Source: Bacillota bacterium
Lineage (GTDB): Bacteria; Bacillota; Sulfobacillia; JABLXB01
DNA: 35,710 bases
Reading direction: 5' to 3'
Assembly: GCA_018434225.1 (NCBI GenBank)
Contig: JAHDPS010000088.1
Coordinates: forward strand, 1-35,710
The notes beneath the pieces are model-generated. The model was not told the DNA's origin, did no database searches, and worked only from the letters and a program-made list of their open reading frames with translations. Below, in pieces: positions 1-9,003 of this stretch. A program made the position numbers and the translations under genes. Within the stretch, counting starts at the first letter, position 1, and each line of letters starts with the position of its first letter.

Positions 1-2
1 AT

Positions 3-230
3 CACGACCGCAGCGAGATCGCATTCGGCAAGGCATCTCCGGTTGTTGATCCACTGAGAAAAAAGCAGGTTCTGGAGGCGATCGTGAGTAAATACGCGCC
101 CGGCGCCGCGGGGACGATTCGACAAGAGAATGTCGATAGGACCCTCGTATTCGAGATCAGCATCGACACGATGACGGGAAAGCAATCGCCCGCTCAACGG
201 AGGCGCGACGATGCAACGAGCCGCCAGTAG
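3..230 (+). CDS. PNPOx-fold (pyridoxamine 5'-phosphate oxidase-like, flavin-binding) protein, C-terminal fragment; 5' end lies off-window
   Basis: Frame 3 is open from the window edge to TAG at 228-230. The translation HDRSEIAFGKASPVVDPLRKKQVLEAIVSKYAPGAAGTIRQENVDRTLVFEISIDTMTGKQSP resembles the C-terminal tail of PNPOx-like proteins (recalled family pattern, not searched). It is absent from the ORF track because no start codon lies in the window. Confidence 0.5.
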   Translation, partial: HDRSEIAFGKASPVVDPLRKKQVLEAIVSKYAPGAAGTIRQENVDRTLVFEISIDTMTGKQSPAQRRRDDATSRQ

Positions 231-897
231 TGAGATAGATCGCCTGCACATGAGCGTCCTACGACGATCCCACGGATCCAGGGTTGCGCTCTGGTTCACC
301 GATTCAGAGGTGGCGCAGCAGGTTTGCGGAGTGCTCACCCTGGACGGAACTGCCCTTTGCGTAACGATAGCGCCCGGGACCATCTGCCCGCACCACGGTT
401 GTTTCAAAGCGGAAATCTACACCCCGACAGGGGTCAGGGCCCTCTCCGGGTTCGCCATCCTGTCGTCCCCCGGCGAGATCAAGTTGTTTCCCCTCGGTTC
501 CATAGTACACAGGGAACGGAGGAGGTCCATCAGGGTCCCGTTGGATGTGCCCGTGTCCTACCGGCTCCTCAGTTTCGGCGGACACGACCTCCGCGGCCAG
601 GGCGGAACGGGCAGCGGCACATCGGTTGATATAGGCGTATCCGGAATGGGATTTACGACAGCGATAAGGCTGCCCCAGGGATTGGCGATCGGGATTACCG
701 CCAAGGCGACAGAGTGGTCCGATTTCGGAGAAATCGAGTGCACCGTTAACCGCTTCGAGCGTACCCTCACGTGCTGGAAGACGGGAGTGGGGTTCAACAC
801 ACCCTCCGAGCGGTTTAAGCGGTACGTCACCGCTTTCGTTCTCGACCGATCCCGGGCTATGCGGGGGAGAAACCCGGCGTCAAGCGACGCCACGTAG
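211..897 (+). CDS. PilZ-like domain protein with a degenerate c-di-GMP-binding motif
   Basis: GGAGG at 199-203 lies 7 nt before the ATG at 211. The RRRSIR segment fits the PilZ RxxxR motif. It is followed about 30 aa later by SVDIGVSGMGF, which only loosely fits D/NxSxxG. The ORF overlaps the upstream fragment by 20 nt. Confidence 0.45.
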   Translation: MQRAASSEIDRLHMSVLRRSHGSRVALWFTDSEVAQQVCGVLTLDGTALCVTIAPGTICPHHGCFKAEIYTPTGVRALSGFAILSSPGEIKLFPLGSIVHRERRRSIRVPLDVPVSYRLLSFGGHDLRGQGGTGSGTSVDIGVSGMGFTTAIRLPQGLAIGITAKATEWSDFGEIECTVNRFERTLTCWKTGVGFNTPSERFKRYVTAFVLDRSRAMRGRNPASSDAT

Positions 898-992
898 GCC
901 CCCGACCCCAGCCCTCCCCCGAGCGGAACACTGGAACCAAACCCCCTCCCCTCCGTCGAACATCCAGACGAAACCAGGAGGGGAAGAACAAT

Positions 993-1736
993 ATGGCTGG
1001 TCAAAGAGACCCTTTGATGTGGGCGGTAGTACTCATAGCAGTCATTGCGGTAGGGCTCGGCGCAGTCTCATTCGGGCGCAATACGACCATCGCCGTCAAT
1101 TCAGTGCCTTCCACCAGGACCATCACCGTGCGCGGCACCAACACCCTGGATGTGAAGCCGGACACCGCTAATATAACCCTGGGGTTGAGGGTCGAGCGGC
1201 CGACCGCGAAGGCGGCCCAAGCGGCGGGTGCGGAGAGCCTCGAGAAGGTCATTGCAGCCCTGCGCGCCACCGGAATACCGGACGTCGACATGAGGACCAC
1301 GCGGGTGAACCTGAATCCCGTTTACGACTACAGGGGCGCGCCGAAACTCGTCGGGTACGCCTCAGAACTGCTCCTCACCGTGACGACCCGGAACCTCGAC
1401 CAGTGCGGCAACGTCATCGACGAGGCGGTGCGCGCGGGGGCGAACCAGGTGGAGAGCGTGGTGTTCACGATCAGAGACACGCAGAAGGCGACCCAGCAAG
1501 CCGTGGACGCGGCCATCGAGGACGCGCGCAAGAAGGCGGAACAGGTCGCGGCCAAGGCCGGCCAGGAGATCACCGGAGTGCAAAGCCTGAACGTCCAGGA
1601 ACTCGGCGGGGAGGATCCTCGACCCATCTACATGCGGCAGTCGGCGAAGGTGATGAATGATGCCGCAAATCTGACCGTGATGCCCGGCACGCTCAGGTTC
1701 ACCGTGGCCGTTGACGCCGTTTACATCATCAAATAA
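993..1736 (+). CDS. SIMPL / DUF541 family protein with an N-terminal membrane anchor
   Basis: AGGAGGGG RBS lies upstream of the ATG at 993. An N-terminal TM helix (VVLIAVIAVGLGAV) is present. ITVRGT..LDVKPDTANITLGL...NLNPVYDY... and the C-terminal PGTLRFTVAVDAVYII are typical of SIMPL/DUF541 proteins. Confidence 0.8.
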   Translation: MAGQRDPLMWAVVLIAVIAVGLGAVSFGRNTTIAVNSVPSTRTITVRGTNTLDVKPDTANITLGLRVERPTAKAAQAAGAESLEKVIAALRATGIPDVDMRTTRVNLNPVYDYRGAPKLVGYASELLLTVTTRNLDQCGNVIDEAVRAGANQVESVVFTIRDTQKATQQAVDAAIEDARKKAEQVAAKAGQEITGVQSLNVQELGGEDPRPIYMRQSAKVMNDAANLTVMPGTLRFTVAVDAVYIIK

Positions 1737-1770
1737 CGAATAGCGACTATGCTCTCTGATGCGCTCTCGT

Positions 1771-1806
1771 GAAGCCCCGCCTCAGCCCATGCGGCCGCGG
1801 GGCTTC
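1771..1806 (+). terminator. GC-rich hairpin downstream of the SIMPL gene (candidate intrinsic terminator)
   Basis: Perfect 10-bp inverted repeat gaagccccgc (1771-1780) / gcggggcttc (1797-1806) with a 16-nt loop. It starts 35 nt after the stop codon. The T-tract is weak (gtctatt). Confidence 0.5.
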
Positions 1807-1902
1807 GTCTATTGAGTGAGTAACGTGGACCGAGCGGGTGCTTCAAGGGGATTCCCGTGAGGGCGTAGAAGTATTGTGAGGATTATGTGAAGAAGGCGGG
1901 GG

Positions 1903-3612
1903 TTGGCGTTGTCAGTCGGTCGCCCGATCGGCGAGAAGCGGACATCGATCGCAATCCCGATTATCACACTCGCGATCCTGGCCCTTATCTCGATCGCGAC
2001 GGCCGCCTTCGCATGGCTGGCTCTAGGACCATACATCCCCTCAAACGACGCCGCGCCGATCCCGCCGGCGGATCGGCCGTCATTTGTCGTGGGCGGTTCA
2101 CTGCACGAGATGCCCGCGGCGATGGTCGATAACGAGATGCTGCTTCCTGTAGCGGCCGTCCACGACCTCATCGACCGCTCGGTTGTCTGGGACGAGGCAT
2201 CCCAATCGATCATCGTCACGACGGGCATCGAGGTAATGCGCATGCGAACCGGCGAGCTCGACGCGTTCGTCAATGGCAAGCCGGCCAGGCTCGCCATAGC
2301 CCCTGCATTGCTCGACGGCAAACCATACGCGCCCGCCGCTCCGCTATCGCGACTGCTCGGATTCACCGTCACACACAACAAGGAGACTAACACCGTGACC
2401 GCCGACCCCGCAGGAGCGGCCCTCCAGACCGGCCGAGTCGTGAGCCCGGCTGCGCTACGAACCGCTGCCTCCGTCAAGTCGGCGGTGATAGAAAGACTTG
2501 CGCCGGATGACGAGTTATACATATTCGGGGAGGTCAACCGCTGGTATCTGGCGCGGCGGGGCGCGGGTCGCCCCGGGTACGTCCCGAAGAACTCAGTCGA
2601 GTTGAAGGGCATCGTATACCGAGCGCCCCCAGTCCCCGAATTCTACCGCGCGTGGAAGAGGACGGGCGAACCGATAAACCTGACCTGGGAACACGTGCTC
2701 AAGCGAAACCCGCCGCCATCGTCGATCGGGCCGCTCCCAGGCATCAATGTGGTTGCCCCGACATGGCTCCGCGTGTCGAGCCCGTCGGGAGAGGTGACGT
2801 GCCGCGCCAGCGCGACGTACGTCGAGTGGGCGCACGCGCGAGGCTGCGAGGTATGGGCCCTCCTGGACAACGATTTCGACCCGGAAATGACCGGCGCGTT
2901 CCTGAAAGATGCATCCGCCAGGGAAAACGCCATTCGGTCGCTCTTGATGTACGCACGCGCATTCGATTTCGACGGGATCAACCTGGATTTTGAGAATATG
3001 AACATGGAGGACGGTCCTCTCTACGTACAGTTCGTGAGGGAGCTCGTCCCGATGGCGCACGAGGAGGGACTCACGGTTTCCGTTGACGTCACCGTGAAGT
3101 CCACCAGCCGAAACTGGTCGCTGTGCTACGACCGTAAGGGACTGGGACGGGCGGCCGACTATCTCATCCTGATGGCCTACGACGAATACTCCGGCGGGGG
3201 CCGAGTGCCCGGGCCGGTGGCCTCGTTGCCCTGGGTGGAAAACGGAGTCCGAACACTGCTCGAAGACGTCCCCGCACCCAAGGTCATATTGGGGATCCCT
3301 CTGTACACCAGACTGTGGAGACAGGCGGCGAACGGCGCTGGGACGACGTCAAGGGCGTTGTGCATGGACGACGCGCTCGCCATACTCGATAGGAACGACA
3401 TCAAGCCGGTGTGGGACGATGGGTTGAAGCTCCATTTCGCCCGATTCGACCGTAACGGCGACGAATACTGGATATGGTTCGAGAACGCGGATTCTCTAAA
3501 ACGGCGCGTCTCCATCGCAAAGCGCTACGGTCTCAGGGGTGTCGCAACGTGGCGCAGGGGGTTCGAGAACGCGGGTGTGTGGTCGACGCTGGCCGGGGCC
3601 CTTCAAGACTGA
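1903..3612 (+). CDS. Glycoside hydrolase family 18 protein with an N-terminal anchor, Cu-amine-oxidase-N-like stalk and SH3b-like segment (YaaH/SleL/YdhD-like spore peptidoglycan hydrolase)
   Basis: TTG start at 1903, the first start after an in-frame TGA. A TM segment (IAIPIITLAILALISIATAAFAWLAL) is followed by stalk-like LLPVAAVHDLIDRSVVWDE...AFVNGKP. An SH3-like stretch LYIFGEVNRWYLAR..GYVPKNSV follows. The GH18 catalytic motif FDFDGINLDFE retains the catalytic Glu. Confidence 0.85.
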   Translation: MALSVGRPIGEKRTSIAIPIITLAILALISIATAAFAWLALGPYIPSNDAAPIPPADRPSFVVGGSLHEMPAAMVDNEMLLPVAAVHDLIDRSVVWDEASQSIIVTTGIEVMRMRTGELDAFVNGKPARLAIAPALLDGKPYAPAAPLSRLLGFTVTHNKETNTVTADPAGAALQTGRVVSPAALRTAASVKSAVIERLAPDDELYIFGEVNRWYLARRGAGRPGYVPKNSVELKGIVYRAPPVPEFYRAWKRTGEPINLTWEHVLKRNPPPSSIGPLPGINVVAPTWLRVSSPSGEVTCRASATYVEWAHARGCEVWALLDNDFDPEMTGAFLKDASARENAIRSLLMYARAFDFDGINLDFENMNMEDGPLYVQFVRELVPMAHEEGLTVSVDVTVKSTSRNWSLCYDRKGLGRAADYLILMAYDEYSGGGRVPGPVASLPWVENGVRTLLEDVPAPKVILGIPLYTRLWRQAANGAGTTSRALCMDDALAILDRNDIKPVWDDGLKLHFARFDRNGDEYWIWFENADSLKRRVSIAKRYGLRGVATWRRGFENAGVWSTLAGALQD

Positions 3613-3620
3613 TTGAACAG

Positions 3621-4370
3621 TCAGCGACGCCCCCCGCAAACTGGGCACGCTGGATTCCGCGTCGCCTCGACCTCCTTGAACGAGCCGAGGAGCAAATCCA
3701 CGAGTAACAGGCGACCTATAAGCGGTTCTCCGATTCCGAGAATGAGTTTGACAGCCTCCATAGCCTGAATCGAACCAATGACTCCCGGCGCCGGCCCAAG
3801 CACCCCGGCGCTTGCCTGTTCCATTACGCCCGCATCCGGCATTGCGGGGAATATACAGCGATAGCACGGCCCTTTGCCGGGGACGATGGTGGTCACCATG
3901 CCGCTGAACCTCATCACGCCGCCCTCGACCAGGGGTACGCCCGCCCCGACGCACGCCTCGTTGAGCGTGTACCGGGACTCCATGTTGTCCAGGCAGCCTA
4001 CGACCACGTTATATCCATGGATCACCGATACGACGTTCGCCCGAGTCACTCGATCCCGGTGAATCGTCACACGGACGTCAGGGTTCAGATCCCTGACGCG
4101 ACCGGCGGCTGACTCCGCCTTCTTTCGACCCAACGCCGCCACGCCGTGGATGATCTGCCGCTGGAGGTTCGACTCGCTGACGACGTCGTCATCAGCCAGG
4201 CCCAGGTGTCCGACCCCCGCCGCCGCGAGGTACAACGCTACGGGCGATCCCAGGCCTCCCAGGCCGGCTACCAGGACGCTGCTGGACAGCAGCCTCTTCT
4301 GGCCCGATTCGCCGATCGTTGGGATGATCGTCTGCCTGTCGTACCTTCCCTCGCGTTCCGCCGCGCTCAT
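3621..4370 (-). CDS. ThiF/MoeB/HesA-family E1-like adenylyltransferase
   Basis: RYDRQ motif, nucleotide-binding GLGGLGSPVALYLAAAGVG and NLQRQ are present, along with two CxxC pairs (CYRC, CPVC). The start was moved from the track's 4418 to ATG 4370-4368, which forms an ATGA overlap with the coaX stop (4369-4367). Confidence 0.8.
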   Translation of the reverse strand: MSAAEREGRYDRQTIIPTIGESGQKRLLSSSVLVAGLGGLGSPVALYLAAAGVGHLGLADDDVVSESNLQRQIIHGVAALGRKKAESAAGRVRDLNPDVRVTIHRDRVTRANVVSVIHGYNVVVGCLDNMESRYTLNEACVGAGVPLVEGGVMRFSGMVTTIVPGKGPCYRCIFPAMPDAGVMEQASAGVLGPAPGVIGSIQAMEAVKLILGIGEPLIGRLLLVDLLLGSFKEVEATRNPACPVCGGRR

Positions 4371-5134
4371 TTCGAATTCATCTGGTATATCATGACCAAA
4401 CCCTCTAGCGTGAGCCATTGGTCGATCACTTCTATGGTCGTGGTCTCCGGCACCACGATAGAGGCCACCCCGCCGGTAGCCACGACGCGCGCCTCACCGC
4501 CGAGCTCGCGCTTTATCCTGGTGACGAGCTCGTCGACCAGGCCCGCATAGCCGAAAATGATGCCCGCCTGCATGCTGGCAACGGTGTTCCCGCCGATGGC
4601 GTGCCCGGGCGTCGTTAGTTCCACCTTGGGCAGCTTCGCCGCCCTCACGTACAGCGCCTCGGCGGATATGTTGAGGCCGGGCGCTATCGCGCCGCCCAGA
4701 TACTCGCCGCTCCCCGTGATGGCATCGAAGGTGGTGGCCGTGCCGAAATCCACGACGATCACCGGCCCGCCATACTTGCGGTAGGCCGCGACGGCGTTGG
4801 CTATCCGGTCCGCCCCAACCTCCCTCGGATTCTCGTAGCCGATGGTGATCCCCGTCTTGATCCCGAGTTCGACGACCAGGGGTTCTATGCCGAAGAATCG
4901 CCTGCACATGTCCTGTATTGCAGGCGTCAAGGGAGGAACGACCGAGGCGAGGACTATCGCCTCCACTCTTGAGGGATCCAGCCCGGCATACTTGAACAGC
5001 TGCAGCACGAAGATACCGTACTCATCGGAGGTCCTGTGCCGTTGGGTAGAGACCCTCCAGTGAGTCACCAGTTTCTCTCCGGTGTATGCCCCCAGAACAA
5101 CGTTCGTGTTGCCGACGTCGATCGCCAGGATCAC
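4367..5134 (-). CDS. coaX: Type III pantothenate kinase
   Basis: ILAIDVGNTN and VVDFGTATTFD motifs are present. The track ORF starts at 5233, but GTG at 5134-5132 is preceded by GGAGGGG with 8-nt spacing. That start gives the canonical M-ILAIDVGNT N-terminus and a 255-aa product. Confidence 0.9.
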   Translation of the reverse strand: MILAIDVGNTNVVLGAYTGEKLVTHWRVSTQRHRTSDEYGIFVLQLFKYAGLDPSRVEAIVLASVVPPLTPAIQDMCRRFFGIEPLVVELGIKTGITIGYENPREVGADRIANAVAAYRKYGGPVIVVDFGTATTFDAITGSGEYLGGAIAPGLNISAEALYVRAAKLPKVELTTPGHAIGGNTVASMQAGIIFGYAGLVDELVTRIKRELGGEARVVATGGVASIVVPETTTIEVIDQWLTLEGLVMIYQMNSK

Positions 5135-5218
5135 GACTTCTTCCCCTCCATCCTCGGTGTATGTCAGGGATAACGGATAAGGTGACGCAGGTGATCGGGC
5201 GGGCCGAGACGTGGAAGG

Positions 5219-5245
5219 GGGGAACAGCGTCAACCACTGTTCCCC
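5219..5245 (-). terminator. Perfect 9-bp hairpin just downstream of the fhs stop (terminator-like, no U-tract)
   Basis: ggggaacag (5219-5227) / ctgttcccc (5237-5245) with a 9-nt loop, located 10 nt after the fhs stop at 5255. No U-run follows, so function is uncertain. Confidence 0.4.
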
Positions 5246-5254
5246 GCATTTCCC

Positions 5255-6952
5255 CTAGAACAGCCCTGTGATTCTCCCCTGCTCGTCGAAGTCTATGTGC
5301 GCTCCGGCGGGATCCGACGGCAGGCCGGGCATCGTCCTCATCTCGCCGAGTAGCGGGTAGAGGAAGCCGGCTCCGACGGACGCGCGAACCTCGCGCACCG
5401 TGATCTTGAAGTTCTTGGGGCGGCCCTTGAGGTTCGGGTCCGCCGATAGGGAGAGGTGAGTCTTAGCCATACAGACCGGCAGTTTGTCGAAGCCGTTGGC
5501 CGTGTACATCTTGATCTGCTTCTCTGCGGCGGGCAGATAGTCCACGCCCGACGCCCCGTAGATCTTCGTGGCTATTGTCTCGATCTTCTCCTTGATCGCG
5601 AGATCCAGCGGGTACAGGAATTTGAACTCGCTGGGCTTGTCGGTGGCCTTGATCAGGGCCTTCGCCAGGTCCAGACCACCCTCGCCGCCCTTCGCCCAGA
5701 CGTCGGTCAGCACCGCGTCATCGGCGCCGGCCTTTATGGCGAGGTCCCTAACGAGTTCGATCTCCTTGTCGTGGTCGGTCTCGAACTTGTTGATGGCCAC
5801 GACAACGGGTACCCCGTGCATCACGCAGTTCTCGATCTGCTTGGCCAGGTTCTCACATCCGAGGGCAAGGGCTTCGTAGTTCTCCTTCGCCACGAGCGCC
5901 TTGTCCATGGCCTTGCCCGGGGTGACGCGGTATGCCCCTCCGTGCATCTTGAGAGCCCGAATGGTCGCGACCAGTATGGCTGCGCTCGGTTTCAGGCCGC
6001 TGTACCTGCACTTGATGTTGAAGAACTTCTCGGCCCCAATGTCCGCGCCGAACCCGGCTTCGGTCACCACGAACTCCCCGAGCTTCACTGCTATCTTGTC
6101 AGCCAGGATGGAGTTATTGCCGTGGGCTATGTTAGCGAACGGTCCCGCGTGCACGAATACCGGAGTGTTCTCCAGGGTCTGGATCAGGTTCGGCTTTATC
6201 GCGTCCTTGAGGAGCACGGCCATGGAGCCGCCGCAACGAAGGTCCTCTACGCTGACGGGTTTACCGTCCTTGCTGTACCCGATGACTATGCGTCCTAGTC
6301 TTTCCCTCAAGTCCTTGATGCCGCTCGTGAGGGCGAGGATCGCCATGACCTCGGAGGCTACTGCTATATCGAAACCCGTCTCGCGAGGATGACCGTTCTC
6401 CGAACCACCGAGACCCACGATGACCTTCCTGAGAGCGCGGTCCGAGACGTCCAGCACGCGCGGCCACGTTATCGTGAATGGGTTGATGTTGAACGGGTTG
6501 CCGTGGAGTATGCTGGCGTCGATGAACGCCGCCAGGAGGTTGTGCGCCAGGGCAACCGCGTGAGTGTCTCCGGTGAAATGCAGGTTAAAGTCCTCCATCG
6601 GGATACATTGGGCGTAGCCGCCTCCCGCGGCGCCACCCTTAATCCCGAAAACGGGGCCGAGCGACGGCTGCCTTATGCAGTTGATCGTCTTCCTGCCCAG
6701 CCTGTTCAGCGCTTGTCCGAGACCGATCGTCGTGGTGGTCTTACCCTCGCCGAGCGGAGTAGGCGTTATTGCCGTTACGACGACATACTTCGCGTCGGGC
6801 TTCGACGCGAGCCGGTCGATGACATCGAGCGATACCTTGGCCTTGTACTTGCCGTAGAATTCAATGTCATCCTCGTGCAAACCAGTGGCGCGGGCAATTT
6901 CTGCGATTGGCTTCATCTGTGCTGCTTGGGCGATCTCGATATCGCTTTTCAC
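5255..6952 (-). CDS. fhs: Formate--tetrahydrofolate ligase
   Basis: The 565-aa product carries the hallmark PTPLGEGKTTTTIGL P-loop and family-typical sequence throughout. GTG start with an upstream AAGGTGA RBS. Confidence 0.95.
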   Translation of the reverse strand: MKSDIEIAQAAQMKPIAEIARATGLHEDDIEFYGKYKAKVSLDVIDRLASKPDAKYVVVTAITPTPLGEGKTTTTIGLGQALNRLGRKTINCIRQPSLGPVFGIKGGAAGGGYAQCIPMEDFNLHFTGDTHAVALAHNLLAAFIDASILHGNPFNINPFTITWPRVLDVSDRALRKVIVGLGGSENGHPRETGFDIAVASEVMAILALTSGIKDLRERLGRIVIGYSKDGKPVSVEDLRCGGSMAVLLKDAIKPNLIQTLENTPVFVHAGPFANIAHGNNSILADKIAVKLGEFVVTEAGFGADIGAEKFFNIKCRYSGLKPSAAILVATIRALKMHGGAYRVTPGKAMDKALVAKENYEALALGCENLAKQIENCVMHGVPVVVAINKFETDHDKEIELVRDLAIKAGADDAVLTDVWAKGGEGGLDLAKALIKATDKPSEFKFLYPLDLAIKEKIETIATKIYGASGVDYLPAAEKQIKMYTANGFDKLPVCMAKTHLSLSADPNLKGRPKNFKITVREVRASVGAGFLYPLLGEMRTMPGLPSDPAGAHIDFDEQGRITGLF

Positions 6953-6996
6953 TCATTCTCACCTTCCCCTACTAGTGTCAGCGGGGCGCAAACCCC

Positions 6997-7644
6997 CTAT
7001 CGCGCGGCAACCCCCCGTTCGACTTCGGACTCAATGCGGGACCATATGTCTTCGGCTTCGCGGACGACTCTATGATGCGTTCCAAGGGTCTCCCGCTTAA
7101 AACCCTCGTCCGCAACGCCCGCCAGGTTGATCAATACGTTGTATCCAGCACCCGCCACAGCCGCGCGCAGCAAGAGCCCGGAGACTGCGGCGTCGCTCAA
7201 CGCGTTAGGGTTTCCCAGGCGCGCAACTTCCAGAGTGAGATCGAGACAATCCCGCGCCAGGCACATGGTTCCGAGCGGCACCGCGCACGCCCCTTTCAGG
7301 GCATCTTCTATGGCGGATTTCCTGGCCTCGACCTCCTTCTGGCCGGTTTTCGGGAGCCTATACGCCTCCAACACACGGTCGAACGACTTTGTATCTTCCT
7401 CCGCCAGCCGCACGAATTCCTTCCTGGCTGACTCCGAACGTTCGAGAATCTTCTTCATAGCGGCCTCGCTACCCCTGAAGCGTTCGCGACCAATGGTGAG
7501 ATTCGCGACCATGGAGGCAAGCGCCGCACCGGCCGCCCCCGCCAGGGCGGAGGCACTACCGCCGCCGGGGGCCGGCGACCCTGAAGCAAGAGTATCGAGG
7601 ATGCCGCCGACTGTGGCGGATTCTATCGGGATGCGTTCGTCCAT
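6997..7644 (-). CDS. Cyclodeaminase/cyclohydrolase family protein (formimidoyl-THF cyclodeaminase / methenyl-THF cyclohydrolase type)
   Basis: The PAPGGGSASALAGAAGAALASMVANLTIG signature is typical of the FtcD C-terminal / FchA family. The product is about 215 aa and all-helical. The gene sits between hutI and fhs. Confidence 0.8.
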   Translation of the reverse strand: MDERIPIESATVGGILDTLASGSPAPGGGSASALAGAAGAALASMVANLTIGRERFRGSEAAMKKILERSESARKEFVRLAEEDTKSFDRVLEAYRLPKTGQKEVEARKSAIEDALKGACAVPLGTMCLARDCLDLTLEVARLGNPNALSDAAVSGLLLRAAVAGAGYNVLINLAGVADEGFKRETLGTHHRVVREAEDIWSRIESEVERGVAAR

Positions 7645-7653
7645 TTCGACCTT

Positions 7654-8940
7654 CTACCCCCTTCGCACAGCAGCGCCTTCGCCGGCGACGACTCTACCCT
7701 TCTTGATCACCCATTTGGCCAGGTTCGCGCCGAAACGGTACGGTATCTCGCGATAATCTTCCGCCCCGAACACCGCCAGGTCCGCCCACTTGCCCGTTTC
7801 CAGGCTGCCCACCGTATCGCCGAGGCCGACCGCGCATGCCGCATTGATGGTGGCCGCGGAGAAGCACTCCTCGGCGGTCATCCCCATCCTCGCCATCGCG
7901 AGCGTCATGACGAGCGGAAGGCCCTGCGCAGTGGACGTGCCCGGGTTGAAATCGGTCGCGAGCGCCACCGCAAGGCCCATATCTATCATCTTCCTCGCGG
8001 GGGCATATCTATCCTTGCCCAGGAAAAAAGGGGCGACGGGCAGCAATACCGCTACGCAGCCCGCGCCCTTCATCATCTCCAGGCCATCGTCCGACGCCAT
8101 CAGCAGGTGCTCTGCGGATACGGCCCCGACCTCCGCCGCGATCTCGGCTCCACCGGATGGGGCAAGTTCGTCGCAATGCGCCTTGGCTCCCATACCGTAT
8201 CGCTTCGCCTCGAGCAGCATCCGGCGAGACTGCTCGGCTGTAAACACGCCTTCCTCGCAGAAAACGTCCGTGAACCTGGCCAGGCCGGCGCCTGCTACCG
8301 CGGGTATCATCTCTTCTACGACGAGATCCACGTAACCGTCAGGGTCCCCTTTGAACTCGGGAGGCACGGCGTGCGCCCCCATGAACGTCGGCACTACTTC
8401 GACGGGGTGCGCTGAACCGGCGTCCGCCAGCACTCGCAGGAGTTTGAGTTCGGATTGCGTGGTCAGGCCGTAACCGCTCTTCGCCTCCATGGTCGTAGTG
8501 CCCCACGACATGGCCGTGTCCAGCCGGCCGAGGACGGCCTGCAGGAGATCCCTCTCCGAAGCCGCTCTCGTTTTGGCCACGGTGCTGATGATCCCCCCGC
8601 CCGCCTTGAGGATGTCCATGTAAGGGGCGCCAGACAGCCTCTGGCCGAATTCCATCTCGCGCCAGCCCGCGAACACCAAATGCGTGTGGGGATCGACGAA
8701 TCCGGGAGCGACGACTCCCCCCGCGGCGTCTATCAGAGCGGCTTCCGATTCCATATCAACTCGGCTTCGGAAATCGGCTTGGGGTCCGACATCCACGATA
8801 ACGCCGCGGAACGCGGCGACATACGCATTCGTGAGAATCTCTAGATCCCTCATGGCGGGTCCCGCCTTCGGTCGCCGCCCGCCCGCCACAGTAAGCACCT
8901 GCCCACCGTTAACTACTGCAAAATCTGCTCTCGCCCTCAA
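7654..8940 (-). CDS. hutI: Imidazolonepropionase
   Basis: The amidohydrolase metal motif VDPHTHLVFAG is present, with HutI-like sequence throughout (GGI..T..ASE..L; AHCDE; ATDFNPG). TTG start at 8940 is preceded by GGGAGG with 7-nt spacing. Confidence 0.9.
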   Translation of the reverse strand: MRARADFAVVNGGQVLTVAGGRRPKAGPAMRDLEILTNAYVAAFRGVIVDVGPQADFRSRVDMESEAALIDAAGGVVAPGFVDPHTHLVFAGWREMEFGQRLSGAPYMDILKAGGGIISTVAKTRAASERDLLQAVLGRLDTAMSWGTTTMEAKSGYGLTTQSELKLLRVLADAGSAHPVEVVPTFMGAHAVPPEFKGDPDGYVDLVVEEMIPAVAGAGLARFTDVFCEEGVFTAEQSRRMLLEAKRYGMGAKAHCDELAPSGGAEIAAEVGAVSAEHLLMASDDGLEMMKGAGCVAVLLPVAPFFLGKDRYAPARKMIDMGLAVALATDFNPGTSTAQGLPLVMTLAMARMGMTAEECFSAATINAACAVGLGDTVGSLETGKWADLAVFGAEDYREIPYRFGANLAKWVIKKGRVVAGEGAAVRRG

Positions 8941-9003
8941 CCAACTACCTCCCGCGCGATCCCTAGCTTGTCCATCATAAGTAAGCCCCCAGGCGCCACA
9001 TAT

